Below, piece by piece: positions 1 to 13,015 of a stretch of 64,000 nucleotides of DNA. The position numbers and the translations under genes were made by a program. Location: contig OX597827.1 in the NCBI GenBank assembly GCA_951406725.2, forward strand, positions 80,724,001 to 80,788,000, written 5' to 3'. The first letter of the stretch is position 1. Each line of letters starts with the position of its first letter. The stretch is from Octopus vulgaris (lineage: Eukaryota). Below the pieces are notes generated by a model, which was given only the letters and a program-made list of their open reading frames with translations, made no database searches and was not told the origin of the DNA.

Positions 1-269
1 CAATCACTCAACAACAACAACAACAACAACCACTACGACGACGACGACGGTGACAATTGACAAATGACCACCACCTTGTCTGTCTGTGTGTCGCAGTCCA
101 ATACTATAGGGAGTAGAGTGGGTGGTGGGAAGAGGTAGAGATAGATTGTGGTAGGAGGTGTATCTAGCAGTCGCCACCCTCAATAATGAAATGTGTTGAA
201 GTAGAAAAAGGAGAGAGAGGGGGGAGGGGAGGGTGTTCACACAGGAACAACAAGAGACACAGAAGCTAG

Positions 270-860
270 GAGGTCGCTCTGCTAGAAATAACAGCCAAAT
301 TTCACTTGAAAAGGAAGGAAGGTCTGTTACAACAACAGCCAATGTAAATATGTCACTGTTGATCTATATTCGGGAAAGTATTTCAGCTATGACCGTCCCA
401 CCTTTTTTAAACAGTTCAATCCATGACCAGCGTGTGATATGAAGTAGATTTGGCTGCAGTCTCTAGCAGGCCGGACGACCACATAGATGCGCCTACCTTG
501 TATACAATGTGTAGTTCTTGGCTGGTCCTAAACAAGCATATTTATGTTCAAAAGAGGTCCAGCCATGACCACATCATTTATTCTTAAGACAGTATTATAG
601 ACTATAGTATTTCGTGTGTCCGTTTTAAAATAAAACAGAGATTTGGCTGCTATTTCTAGCAGGCCGAGACAGTGGACATCTGAAAGGCGTGCGATGTGTA
701 CATGTGAAATATACAAGGATAATGTTGTGTAGCCCCAGCTGTGCTGCGACTTCCAGCCGTGACCACCTCGTCTTTTTCTATATCCAACACTACATTAACT
801 AATGGTCCTTCTTTTTCAAGACGGCAGGGTCTCTGAGCTGAGGGAGGTTTAGCTGCTACT
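270..860. repeat. Cluster of copies of a short dispersed repeat (ttccagccatgacc...gatttggctgctatttctagcagg)
   Basis: The motif recurs at about 280 (reverse), 447, 640 and 850, and elsewhere at about 3170, 3290 (rev), 11080 (rev), 13600 (rev), 21686 and 41397. Confidence 0.7.
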
Positions 861-1223
861 TCATATGAAACTGGTTCATGTTTCTACTGTACACAACTGG
901 TTTGTGTTTTGGCTGGACAGAGAGGAAGAGAGGGAGGGAGGGAGAGAAAGAGAGAGAGTATGTTATAGGAGAGAGGGAGTAAGCAAGAGAGAAAGGGGGT
1001 GGTGATGTGTGTGTGTGTGTGTGTGTGTATTGGCGAAAGAGAGTGATGAAGTGAGAGAGGGAGTGAGTGAGAGACGGAGGGAGGGAGGATGGAGTGTTTC
1101 CTTCCGGGAGGAGAGAGAGAGGAGAGAGAGAGAGAGAGAGAGTGAGTGAGAGTGAAATATGTGTAAAAAGTAAAGAGCAAAGCAATGGTGTCGCTTTGTT
1201 CCCTTTTCTGTCGATGTACTTAC

Positions 1224-1280
1224 AGAGGCAGGGTTAAAGTGGTGTGTTGAGATAAAGGCTCCTCGGTCTACCCGGTCCAT
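1224..1280 (-). CDS. Possible first coding exon of a second gene (MDRVDRGAFISTHHFNPAS)
   Basis: Unique CpG-containing island between microsatellites. The ATG follows an in-frame stop, and a phase-0 GTAAGT donor sits at 1223. No recognisable domain. Confidence 0.3.
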
Positions 1281-1379
1281 TCGGGGTAGATTCGCTGGAG
1301 GTAGGCAGCTCTGTCCGGGGTCTCTTACGTCAGACTGTTGATGTCAGCTGTAGCAGTAGTGGTGATGATGGTGGTGGCG

Positions 1380-2672
1380 GTGAGAGAGAGAGAGAGAGAG
1401 AGACAGAATAAGGGTCAAGGGAAAAGGCTAGGAGAGAGAGAGAGAGAGAGAGAGAAATAGTGGGAGGAAAGAGAAAGAAAGAAAGAAATGTGGTGGAAAT
1501 GGGAGTAAGGGCAAATGAGGTTTAGCGGGAGGAAGAGAAAGATTAAGAGTGGAACAGTAGTAGCTTTGGGTGAGGGAGGAATGGTAAAAGTGAAGGAACA
1601 AATGAAGTGGGAGGAAAGGGACTCCGTTAGAAAGGAAGAGGGTATTGTAGAGAGGGGTAGGGAAAGCTAACAGAGGAGGGAAAAGGAGTAGAAGGAAGAG
1701 ATTAAAAAGAGAGTAGGTAGAGGGATAGTGAGAGAAAGAAAGGGAAAAGTTGTCGGAAATTGAGTGTGAGTGAGAAAAAGAGAGTGAAAAAGAACAAGAA
1801 GTTTGAGGGAGGGGAATAACGAAAGGAAGGGAGAGAGAGAGAGAGAGAGGTGAGAGTTTATGGAATGTTATATGTGTAATGAGAAGGGGAGGAAAGAGAG
1901 AGAGAAAGATAAGTATAAAGTGGTGGAATGTTATGAAAGAATGAGGAAAAGGTGGTAGCATAATGTTTTTGGTGAGAGTAGTAGCGTGAGGTAAAAGCCT
2001 ATAACGATCGATGGAGATGCTGTGAAAGGGGGGAAAAAGGGATAGATGATGGCGAAGGTTAGAGAGAAAGAGAGAGAAAGAGAGAGAGAAAAAGAGAGAG
2101 AGAGCGACGAGGGTGAGAGAGAATAAAGAATGTAGAAAGCAGACGATAGAAGCTAGGATTGTAGATAGAATAGAGTGTAGAGAAGGAGGGTGATCAGAAA
2201 ACGAGAGAGAGAGAGAGAGAGATGGTAAAGCAGATAAAGAGAGTGAAGGAGGAGGAATATCATGAATGAATGGGAATATATAGAGGGAGTGAGATAGGTG
2301 AGAAGACAGAGAGAAAGCGAAGGGATAGAGGAAGAGAGGAAGAGGGCGAAGGCGAAAGAGGGAGAGAAAGAAGGGGAGGGAGGAAGAAGGATAAATGAAT
2401 CAAAAGAGAGAATATAGGAGGGGGTTACCGAGCAAAATGTAAGAGAGGGGGTTGGAGTAAGAGGAAAGTGAGGAAGAGCAGTTAAAGAGTAATAGAGAGG
2501 GAAAGAGAAAGAGAGAATGTGTAAAGTTAAAAGTGGAGAGGAGAGTGTCAACTAGGGTAGAAGGAAGAGGAGATAAAAATATTGAGGAAAGACACGATCG
2601 GAGTGAAAGAGTAAGAGAAATATGATAGGAGGAGGAAGGAATATAGCTGGAGGATGGAAGAGAGAAACAGAA

Positions 2673-2719
<47 letters not shown>

Positions 2720-2880
2720 AAGGTGAAGAATATAAAGTGGAGTGAAGGAGTGAGTGTGAGTGAGAAATGTCTGAGAAGGTGAGAAAACAGAAGAGAGGAA
2801 TAAAAGGGTCAGTTGTGGGAATTTATGAATGTAAAATGGGTGAGAAAAGTGAGAAAGATATTGAGGGTAAGGGACTGAAT
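1380..2880 (+). repeat. Purine-rich (GA/GGA/GAA) low-complexity tract
   Basis: About 1.5 kb with very few C on the + strand, containing (GA)n runs. Confidence 0.9.
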
Positions 2881-4109
2881 TCATGTTGTGGCCTTCATGC
2901 TTTGCCCATTGCTATAGCATCTAAAAAAAACCTTGCAAGATATATTGTGTAAGACAGGGTTGGGCTGTCTATATCTGTGGAGAGGCATCAACATCACAAC
3001 AGCAGATTGTTGTTTGATACTTTTTAGCCCCGGGTCAGCTCTGATCCAAGTTGACCGATAATCAAAACTATTCCAGCCATGACTGTTCCATCTGTTCAGA
3101 TATAGTTCACCTTAGACTGTACTATCCTGCATCCTTCAGTTTTTAAACAGTGGAAATTGATTTGGGGTAGATTTGACATCTATTTCTAGCAGCTCAAGTG
3201 GTCACATCAAGGTATCAACTATGAACGAGCAATTTCCCCTCGTTAACCAGTTTTACCAGCAAGGGAACCTCCATGCAGCTGCATAATTTGCTAGTAATAG
3301 AAGTGAAATCTTTCTCAAATTACTCACAAGCATTTGACAAAAGGAAGACCACATTGGACAATGATGTATGAAAGAATTGGCTTGTCAAGGCTGTAGAACA
3401 TTCGATTATAGTTCTACTCCATCACGACTGACCTAGGGTTGAACAGTCTGTCTGTCTGTCGGTCCGTGTCTCTCTCGGATTACACTGCGGTTCAACAGTA
3501 AAAATACTGCCATCTACATGTGTGTGTGTGTCCGTGTGTCCTGTAACGTCTGGATGGTAGGGAGACACATGGTCATTGAATGTGAAAGGTGTGCAGGTGT
3601 GTAATGAGTGATGCAGATGAAGAGGAGGAGAGAAGGAGGGGAATGGAATGCGTTGGTTGATCCATTGTACAAGGATAAACATGGCATTGGTTGATGGACT
3701 CAGTTTCAGTGAATGGTAAGGCTCACCACCACCACCACCACCACTGCCACAAGGGAATATGTACTGACCCTACACTCAAATGGTAACAGTAACTGAAGAG
3801 TCTCATAGTTAGAAGAGTGATGGAGGGATGGATGTTAGGAAGAGATGTGGAGGGAAAGGCTTGACTGGAGCAAACTGGCAGCATCCATAGTACTCCTCCC
3901 TAACACAAAACCAAACTACATCTCATCTACCCTAATTAATTAATTAGGCTGTCATCCATACATTCAGGCAGGTCCTTTATGGCCATATCCCCTGCCCCTC
4001 ACGCACATCATCTGTCCTCTGGTCCAGCCCTCCAGCCTTGCCAGCTCCTGTCAAACCGTCCAACTCATGCCAGCATGGAAGATAGACGTTAAATGATGAT
4101 GATGATGAC

Positions 4110-5870
4110 TTTCTTTGTACCTTTCCTGACCTGGTCCAGCAATCTGAGGTTTCTGAAATTCCCTCAATGTATCTCCTTTACCTTCTAACTGGTGATTAGA
4201 ATGCTGCCTGTACCAGTCACTGGCCGTGACACTTTCCCATAACATGCTGGTTAACTACTCTGGTGACCAGTCCATATCTTATTCTGCTGGACATTTAATC
4301 ATGTTGTGGGTAACACCTAATGGAGCAGGGGCTTTCCCTGCCCCCAGACCTTTAATCACTTTATCTCTCACACTGCTCTCAACTTCAATGGTTGGGCCCT
4401 TTCTTGGGAAGACCATCTTTCTCTCATGCCTTTCTCTCTTCAGACTCATTACTGTAAATGTTCTGTTATCCATCTGCACACACTTCTTACAACAACTGGA
4501 TTCCCTCTGATATAATGTCTTGCAATCCAGAACGCCTCATACTGTAAAATGTTGGCAAATTTCCATCTTCCTGCTTCTCCCGATGCTATGTAAGCCTTGT
4601 TGACCAGCTTCTGGCTACTTCATATAATTTTCTGCTGCCACCATTTTTCCAGTTTTCGTTTTGCCTTCATTACTCTGTCTACCACACTGTTCCACCACCA
4701 CATCACCCTTGGTCTAATTAGCACTTTGCACCAGCCACAGATTTAGCCTGTAACCTTCAGTATTTTGTCCTCAAGAACTTCCAGTTAACCTCTAAGCCAT
4801 ATGTTCCCAACTCACATTCCTTGTCAGACATTTCAATTAGAATTTCTCTAAAATTTCTTCCCATTTGCATCTCCATATCTGCTTTTTCCAAACTGGTTTG
4901 TTCTGAATCCTTCTAGCCTTTAGTCGGAAGTCACAAATGACTAAGCTATGTTGGACTTCTTTGCTAGGAAAGATTTTGCATTTACAAGCATCTGTCCATT
5001 CCATTTTCTGATGAGAACAGCCAATTTGGCCTGCTTGCTTGATTCATAGATCAGGTGGTTGCTTAGTTCCTTGAGTTTAGTGTTGCAGATCAAGTCATTT
5101 GCATCACAAAACTCCAGCAGCCGTGTTCTTTCTTCATCTCAAGAGCCAAATAACTTCCATGGACACCATGAGATTTATTGGAGTGTTGTCCAATATGTCC
5201 ATTGAAGTAACCAGCCATGATAATAAAGTCACGGACATTCATTATCAAGGTAGTGTGTAAAAATACGTAATAAAACTGGTCCTTCAGATCATCTGCCAGC
5301 CCAGTCTGTGGAGCATAGGCAGAGGAAAATGCCAAGACTAGAAAATTATTATCAGCAACAGTACTTTGGAGTAAAGATTGTTTGCCGACATAACATGGCA
5401 GTCCTGGTTTAGGACAAATGTTGCTGTAATTTAGCCCCAGGAGACATCGAGTGGGGGTGCTAGATTCCCTTGTTCAAAAATATAAGGATGTAGATCGTGT
5501 CATATAGCCAGCTGGAGATGATGTCTGCTGGGGCTAAGTTACAGTAACATTCGTCCTAAACCAAGACTGCCATGTTATATGTGCAATGTTTTATCCAAGA
5601 CTAGTTACAGTTGAACTATCTTTTCACAGGCTCTAACTCACTCAGTTACTTCATTTACCCATTTGCCTGCCAAACCATCCACGCTGTCACTGTTTACTCC
5701 ACAAAATTTGTATCTATGTTATTTACCCATGAGGAATCCAGCTGAGGTTCCCCTTCATCAAATCTCTTGCACACAGCACAAATTCACACACCTCCTCTCT
5801 AGCATTTCAATAATCTCACCAGTCCTACCTTTCATTGTGCTGACATTGATTCTGGTTGCTCTGAAGCCAT
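4110..5870 (-). mobile_element. Decayed RTE-type LINE, AP-endonuclease and linker region
   Basis: Minus-strand remnants NVSTMKGRTGEIIEMLERR..LCCVQE (about 5760-5850) and SAYAPQTGL..KDQFY...IIMAG(D)FNGHIG (5090-5335), with frameshifts and stops. Confidence 0.8.
5360..5602. mobile_element. MITE-like element inserted in the RTE endonuclease
   Basis: Long terminal inverted repeats: acataacatggcagtcctggtttaggac...gccccag / ctggggctaag...gtcctaaaccaagactgccatgttat. Confidence 0.75.
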
Positions 5871-6052
5871 GTACTTGAAAGGAAGAGTACGATGATAGTT
5901 GGGGACTGCTATCATGCGAAAAGATTGACGCAAACACAGGCCAAGTGGGGGGGGGAGTGTTTGCACATGTCTAATTCATTTGATAAGGCAGATGTAAATG
6001 TATTGGGTAACATTCAGAATAACTGGTATGTTTCTGTGCATGTGTATTGTGA

Positions 6053-6372
6053 AGGCGCATGGCTCAGTGGTTAGAGCGTCGAGCTTACAATCGCAAGGTT
6101 GAGAGTTCGAATCCCTGACCAGGCTGCATGTTGTGTTCTTGAGCAAGACACTTTATTTCACGTTGCTCCAGTTCACTCAGCTGTAGAAATGTGTTGCGAT
6201 GTCACAGGTGCCAAGCTGTATCAGCCCCTTTGCCTTTCCCTTAGATAGCACTGGTGGCGTGGAAAGGGGAGGCCAATATGCATGGGTGACTGCTGGTCTT
6301 CCATAAACAATCTTGCCCGGACTGTGCCTGGGAGGGTAACTTTCTAGGTGCTATCCGATGGTCAGTCATGAC
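6053..6372 (+). mobile_element. tRNA-derived SINE (family B here)
   Basis: A box TGGCTCAGTGG and B box AGTTCGAATCC followed by a ~250-bp body. A near-identical copy lies on the minus strand at 36488-36820. Confidence 0.85.
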
Positions 6373-6398
6373 ACAAATATGTACGTGTATATATATAT

Positions 6399-6535
6399 AG
6401 GTGCAGGAGTGACTGTGGTAAGTAACTTGCTTGCCAACCATATGGTTATGGGTTCAGTCCCACTGCATGGCACCTTGGGCAAGTGTCTTCTACTATAGCC
6501 TCAGGCCGACCAAAGCCCGAGGCTATAGTAGAAGC
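6399..6535 (+). mobile_element. tRNA-derived SINE (family A here), 5' part only, ending in a short fold-back
   Basis: gtggtaagtaacttgct...gggttcagtcccact...caccttgggcaagtgtcttctactatagcc, matching the other copies. Confidence 0.8.
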
Positions 6536-6869
6536 ATATTTAGTTCAGCTCAGCATATTTAAAGGGCTTTCAAGATGTTGCACAAACAGTCAGGATTGAG
6601 TGCAATGTTTCGTACGTCAGACACAACTCTAACTTAATGAAGACAATTGCATTATTCCTGTTTCCTGGTCATTCAAAATAATACTTTAGGGCATAAGACC
6701 ATAAAGTTCAAGAAACTGGTTATGTGTACGGGTGTACCTGAGCATAGTCATTACACACACATATAAGTTTGGTAACACAAACCATAGCCAAACGCCCATC
6801 CATGCCATGCAGGAGATTCTTGGCCCCTTTTGCCATTTTGTAACAGCTGTCAATTGATTATATATATTC

Positions 6870-7235
6870 TTTTATTTGCTTCAGTCGTTTGACTGCGGCC
6901 ATGCTGGAGCTCTGCTTTTAGTTGAGCAAATCGACCCCAGGACTTATTCTTTGTAAGCCTAGTACTTATTCTATAGGTCTCTTTTGTTGAACCGTTAAGT
7001 TATGGGGATGTAAACATGCCAGCATTGGTTGTCAAACGATGTTAGGGGGACAAACAGACATATATGTATATACGACGAGCTTCTTTCAGTTTCCGTCTAC
7101 CAAATCCACTCACAAGGCTTTGGTCGACCCAAGACTATAGTAGAAGACACTTGCCAAAAGTACCACGCAGTGGGACTGAACCCATAACCATGTGGTTGGT
7201 AAGCAAGCTACTTACCACACAGCCACTCCTGTGCC
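6870..7235 (-). mobile_element. SINE family A, full length
   Basis: Pol III head (TGGCTGTGTGG...GGTTCAGTCCC), central microsatellite, and 3' end ...catggccgcagtcaaa..actgaa..aaaaga. Confidence 0.85.
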
Positions 7236-7971
7236 TATATATATATACACACACACACACATATTTGTGTATGTACACAACATATATATATACACACACC
7301 ACACTCTGTAAAGTGGTTGGTATTAGAAGAGACAAGCAGTCATGGAAATCTTCAAAATTGTGATATTGGGAGAATTATACGTATCCATTACAACTTGGGC
7401 ACCGCAGACCTAGATATGGGCCCATTAACAAGTCCAAAGCAATTTTGTATATTACAGATGTACCTGTTATAACTGACCCCCACCCCACTCATTTTACACC
7501 TAGCAAAATGCTAAAGACCCTGTAAGTTACCCACACATTAACCGAAGGATTACCTGTCTTTGGTTAATATACTAAAACTTTAATCCAACATCTCTGATTT
7601 TAGAAGAGTGAACTCCGTGGCCAGCATCCAGAGCAGATTTTTGGCCTCATAATAACTCAAGAAATGGTAGTTCCAAGAGTATGTGCCAGCAGCACAGGAG
7701 CCAGTCAGCTGGCACTGGCAACAATCACACTTGAATGGTACTTTTTACATGCCACCAGCACGGAACAAGTCAGGCAGCACTGGCCTTGACCACGCTCAAA
7801 TGGTGCTTTTTACATGCCAACCAGGTGGTACTGCCATCAGCCACGATGAAGACTTACTATATTTGGAAGTCTTTTATGGTTGCAAAACGAAATATGGAGT
7901 CTCCATCAGCAATTAATCTACTGATGGATATTACTGTACACATACACTAATATACTCTTATTGTTTTACAT

Positions 7972-8331
7972 TACTCTTTTACTTGTTTCAGTCATTTGAC
8001 TGCGGCCATGCTGCAGCACCGCCTTTAATCGAGCAAATTGACCCCGGGACTTATTCTTTGTAAGCCCAGTACTTATTTTATCGGTCTCTTTTGCCGAACT
8101 GCTAAGTGACGGGGACGTAAACACACCAGCATCAGTTGTCAAGCAATGCTAGGGGGACAAACACATATATATATACGACAGGCTTCTTACAGTTTCCATC
8201 TACCAAATCCACTCACAAGGTTTTGGTTGGCCCGGAGCTATAGTAGAAGACACTTGCCCAAGATGCCACGCAGTGGGACTGAACCCGGAACCATGTGGTT
8301 GGTTAGCAAGCTACTTACCACACAGCCACAG
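7972..8331 (-). mobile_element. SINE family A, full length
   Basis: Collinear with 6870-7235, 31907-32308 and 46697-47066. Confidence 0.85.
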
Positions 8332-8399
8332 TAATCTGTGATTTCACACTCAGCAGATACAACTGTTTCCATTGTCTGCCTGACAAGATCAAACCTTAC

Positions 8400-8645
8400 C
8401 TGGAACTATCACCAGACAAATCTTAGTCCCTCCCAAATTCTTGGAATTTTCTCATCATTCTGTCACTATTTTCCGTTTTGATATTTTTATTGGTATCCAC
8501 AGTTGTCTTCCTGGTTAGATTAAAATCATTGATCTATTTATCCCTCATCAATACAGCCAGAGACGTAATTAATCAAAACTCCCTGACTCAATTACCCACC
8601 ATGTTTCACATCAGTTGATGAAGTTTTCTTTGACAACAGAAAATT
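8400..8645 (-). mobile_element. Highly decayed Tc1-like transposase fragment
   Basis: Minus strand gtgaaacatggtgg encodes VKHGG, a Tc1 motif; the rest is degenerate. Confidence 0.35.
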
Positions 8646-11641
8646 GTGTTAAAAATAAAAGAATAATTCAAGAAATAATGTTTGTTTATTGTTGTTTTTG
8701 TTAAATTTATATTTAGTTGTCTTTTTGTAGTCTTGAAGAGTTTTAGAAATAAAATTAAAATATAACAAAAAGATGTGAGGAGGTGGAGGGGGGGGGGGGC
8801 AGATTATGAAAATATAGAAAAGTTTGTCATTGATGCAAGTTTTCAAAGTTTTGGTTGGTTTTAAAGATTGTTTAGTTTTAGGAAGAATTGAATCTGGAAT
8901 CAGTGTTTTGTGCTGGCTGGAATAAAGGCACTTGATGATGATTGGAGGAGCATCAGGGAACAAAGAATATCTATAGGAAATGCAGGTGAGAAAGGGCCAT
9001 CAGAAGGAAATTGGAAAAAGCAAGAAAAAGTGATGTTGGGAAGAATGTGAAGGAAAGAAGATATTGGCTTTGTTTAGATTCCACAGAAGAGGACCAGGGT
9101 TGTAGGTTTTGGTATAAAACAGTTCAATGTATTCCTTAAAAGAGAATCAACCCTGTTGGTTACATGTTGAACAGGCATCTTCTAAACTTTGATCCAAACA
9201 AAAAAAATGTCCCTTTAACTTGAAAATGAAACAAATGTTATGACAAAAACAGGGATGTTTTAGTGACACAGAAAGTTGCTACATTATTCTGCATTCATTA
9301 GTGTCAAGTGGAAGCAGACACAGGCTCTCCTCCTGGATAGAATGCTAGTTTATCACAGCTAACATTCCTGACGACTAGATCATTGAGACAAACACTGGTC
9401 CATATCATCTAGTTTAATTAATTAAATATATAATGATTCCATATGTTGTCTTTGATGGGGCCAAAATACAATAGACTTTGTCAGGTTGGGTGTCTCTTCC
9501 CACTGTGATGATACAGAAAAATACTCTGGTGGGAACCAACAGACGGTCCAAATTTTTGTGTCAGTTTAAAATGAAGAAAGCAACTCCCTAAAACTATTAG
9601 GACCTAAATACAGAAAGGCCATAGCAAAAAGTACCATAAATATTGACCTTTTCTGCTGGATCTCTATTGTTTGACCAACAGATTAAAATGTAAGTTGCTG
9701 AATATTCCTCAGATCAAAGCCGTTTCCTTAATGGAATTCTCAGAGCAGAATCATTGTGACATTGTAACAAGGCTGTGTCTTTTGAATCACAAAGTACAAC
9801 CCCACCTGATGTGCTTCGATGCTTTTTCCATTGATCCAGTTTCACTCATACAGTATCGGTCAACGTTGAGGTAACGGAAAATAACTTTTGCCCAAGATGC
9901 CACACACTAAGATTGAACCCAAGACATCAAGGTTGTGATGCAAACTTCTCAACCATTTGGCCATACCATGCTTACACACACATACACACATCCTTGCGAA
10001 ACACTTTGAGCAAGCATCAGAGCATGTCGTAAACATTGACCTATATATCATACATATACACACACATACATACATGGCAGTGTTCCCAATTAATGCTTTC
10101 TTAATATGTTTTAGAAGGGAGATGTCATCCACGATTCATTCCCAGTCTCCAGTAAAATATTACCATTCAAGCCCCAGTAGTGAAGTGGTGTCAATGTGAC
10201 GTGAACCCATAATTCAGGTATTCATAACTGACCACTTTATATAATCGGTGAAATCAGGAATCTGGAATTACCATTGACAGAGCCAGAACACGGTCCCTTG
10301 GTCTTCAAAAATAGCAAACAAAATACCACCCTGTTGTCTTTCAAAGAGGATAGACTGCATAATGTCAGGATGGTCACAATGAAACGTCTTTGGACCAGCA
10401 GGGCTGACCTGTGGTTAAACAATAACAATGTTAATGGTAGGCTGATCCCTTCAGGCAACATACAGCAGCAGCTGTAGCGATCAGTTTCGGTAGAAGGTCG
10501 AGGGTCGTGATACAATTAGAACGTTCGGAAATCACTCAAGAGGAGATAATTGTATACCGAGTAATGTCCCTTTCGTCTTCTCAAATTACTGAAAACTGAA
10601 AGTCCTTTATAGAAAACTCACCAGTAATTAATTAGTGATTAGTACACGTAGTACCAATTTATCTCTGAGTAACCTGAGCTAGTTACAGCGCCTTGGCCGA
10701 GTATAAGCAGTGTGGTCAGTGTAACTGCCCTTGGTCAAGTACAGACAGTGTTCTGTCAGTAAAGAGAGTATGTTGAAGCTGAGAGGGAGACCCACAACTA
10801 GATCCTGGTGGTAGCCCTACAACAGAGACAATGGAGTGGATAGTAGTCGTTCCTGTAAACCCAAGGGGACACCTTCTGTAGGTGTAAACTGTCAACCTAG
10901 GGCAAACTGCTGTATTATCCAAGTAACAATCTCACTCGTATGTACAGTGACAGAGATGAGACATGAACTCCAGCGCCTCTGATTTACAAAGGAAATTCAT
11001 AGATTGTGGACAGAATTGATGCGAGATGCAAGAACCATTATCAAGTAGATAAGGGAACCTCTATGTGAGCTTCTACATCTGCTAGAAATAACAGTTAAAG
11101 TCCCTCAAATATATCCAACCATCTTAACAAATACAGTGTACTCACTGGTATACAAAATATCAAAGGTAGTCATGATTGGAGTGTCTTTGATCTTGGCCCT
11201 GCTTGATCAACGCAGAAGTAGTAGTATTGAGAGGTGTGTGGAAGCTGAGAAGACAATGGTGGAGATGATGCTATTCAAACATTTAGACAAAGCTATCTGG
11301 CTACAGAGAAACATTTAAGGTAATAGTTAATTACTATAATTGCTAATTACTGTAACAGGACTGGACTATCTATCACCATTTAATACACAACTCCATACCT
11401 GGTCAAAAGTGGAGCGTTTGCACTCATAACATTACATTCCCCATTGGCTACTGCAGCATACCACCAGCCAAGGGTGGTGGCCACCACACAGCCTCAGGCC
11501 ACAGAATTCAAGCCCATCTGTGCTTACCACAAGTCTCTGTCCATGTATGATGACCACCCATTCCCCAAATAGGAGGGGGTGTATGGGGATGGAGGGTAGA
11601 AAGAGGACACTTGACCAATACACTGGGTTATATTGCACTGA

Positions 11642-11672
<31 letters not shown>

Positions 11673-11971
11673 ATGTTTACATAATGAATGTGTATAGCTT
11701 GGGACATCTGATGACCAGGCGAGTGTGTTGGGGAGAGAGGGAGAGAGATGTGATCCATGACCAACACAGAAGACCCAACAACAGAGAGGGAGAGAGAGAG
11801 AGAGAGAGAGAGATGAGTGACACTGGCACTGGGGCCAACGGTTACTAATGTATTCAATGCAGAATGAGTAATCAAACTCCATAAACAGAAGGTAAACTAC
11901 AAGACTTGAACTGTTTCCCCTGAGGAAGAGATGGACAGGGGCGTGGGTGGGGTGGGCTCATTCGGAGAGTC

Positions 11972-12636
11972 TCAACTTCTTTGATGCATGTTTTGTTTCA
12001 TGTTTTTGCCACATGAAGAGGAAGGTAAACACATGGCGACATTACTATTGTTGTTGTTGTTGCTCCACTTGGTGGAGTTGCCAGGGTAACTGCGAGCCGT
12101 GCAATAGTTTGACTGTTGAGAGAGATTGCCCTGAGAGAGCGGAGGTGTTGGGGTGACGCACGCCGACCGGCCGGACATCTGTCGGGGACAGATTGTTGCA
12201 ATGGATGCGGAAGAAATTGTCGTCAATCTCTGATTCATTTGCATGTTGCATGGAGATGCAATGGGGATTGGTGACGGCGATGCATTTGGGGAGCATTGCG
12301 TGCACATGAGCAGGTTGCAGGTACAGTTGCAATTGCAGCTTGTCATAAGAGGAGATGAGGAATTTGGCCCTGAACAAGGAGGGGAAGGGGACAAAGGAGG
12401 TGGTTGTTGCTGCTGCTGCCGGACAGTTGGTACGTGAAGTGTGACACCGGCACGCATCAGTTCTTCGCTGCTGTGACTGCGTTCATGTTTCTGCATGTGG
12501 ACCCTTTGAGGGAAACTTTTGCCACATACGCCACAGTTGAAAGGTTTCTCTCCAGAGTGTGTGCGTTGATGAATGGTCAAATGAGCCTTTTGGGCAAATG
12601 TCTTGTCACACGAGAAGCAATTGTAAGGACGCTCTC
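11972..12636 (-). CDS. C2H2 zinc-finger protein, coding exon 3 of 3 (fingers 6-7, Gln/Pro/Ser/Cys-rich tail, stop)
   Basis: Acceptor tttttattgcag|GA at 12636 restores [56 protein letters not shown] in frame with ORF 11972..12580. Total CDS is 411+286+665=1362 nt (453 aa + stop). Confidence 0.93.
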
Positions 12637-12744
12637 CTGCAATAAAAACAACAAATATTCAATAAATACATAAACAACAACATGAATAACAATCTTTTCA
12701 ATTATAGACACAAGGCTTGAAAAATTAGCAAAACTGGTAACTTA

Positions 12745-13015
12745 TTTATTGACCCCGAAAGGATGATGAAAGATAAAGCCGCCTTTTGTGGAATTTGAAC
12801 TCAGAATGCAAAGATGGACGAAATGCTGCTAAGCAACAACAATTCCACATCCTTGCTACTTTAACAATAATCCTTTCTGCTGCAGGCACAAGGCCTAAAA
12901 TTTTGGTGGGAGGGAGCTGGTACTTATTTATCAACCCCCGAGAGGATAAAAAACAAGGTTGACCTCAGTGGAGTTTGAACTCAGAATGTAACAATTCTGC
13001 CAGCTTGCCACCTTA
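12745..13015 (-). mobile_element. Two fragments of another SINE family (ctgagttcaaattcc...gtcgactttgcctttcatcctttcggggtc core)
   Basis: The same core occurs at about 16040-16150, 23985-24060, 26590-26780 (+) and 60500-60660 (+). Confidence 0.7.

Noticed and set aside
6053-6125. tRNA-like sequence with A and B boxes (also 36750-36820 and 59815-59886)
   Set aside because: It continues into a shared repeat body and the acceptor stem is poor, so it is a SINE head rather than a tRNA gene.
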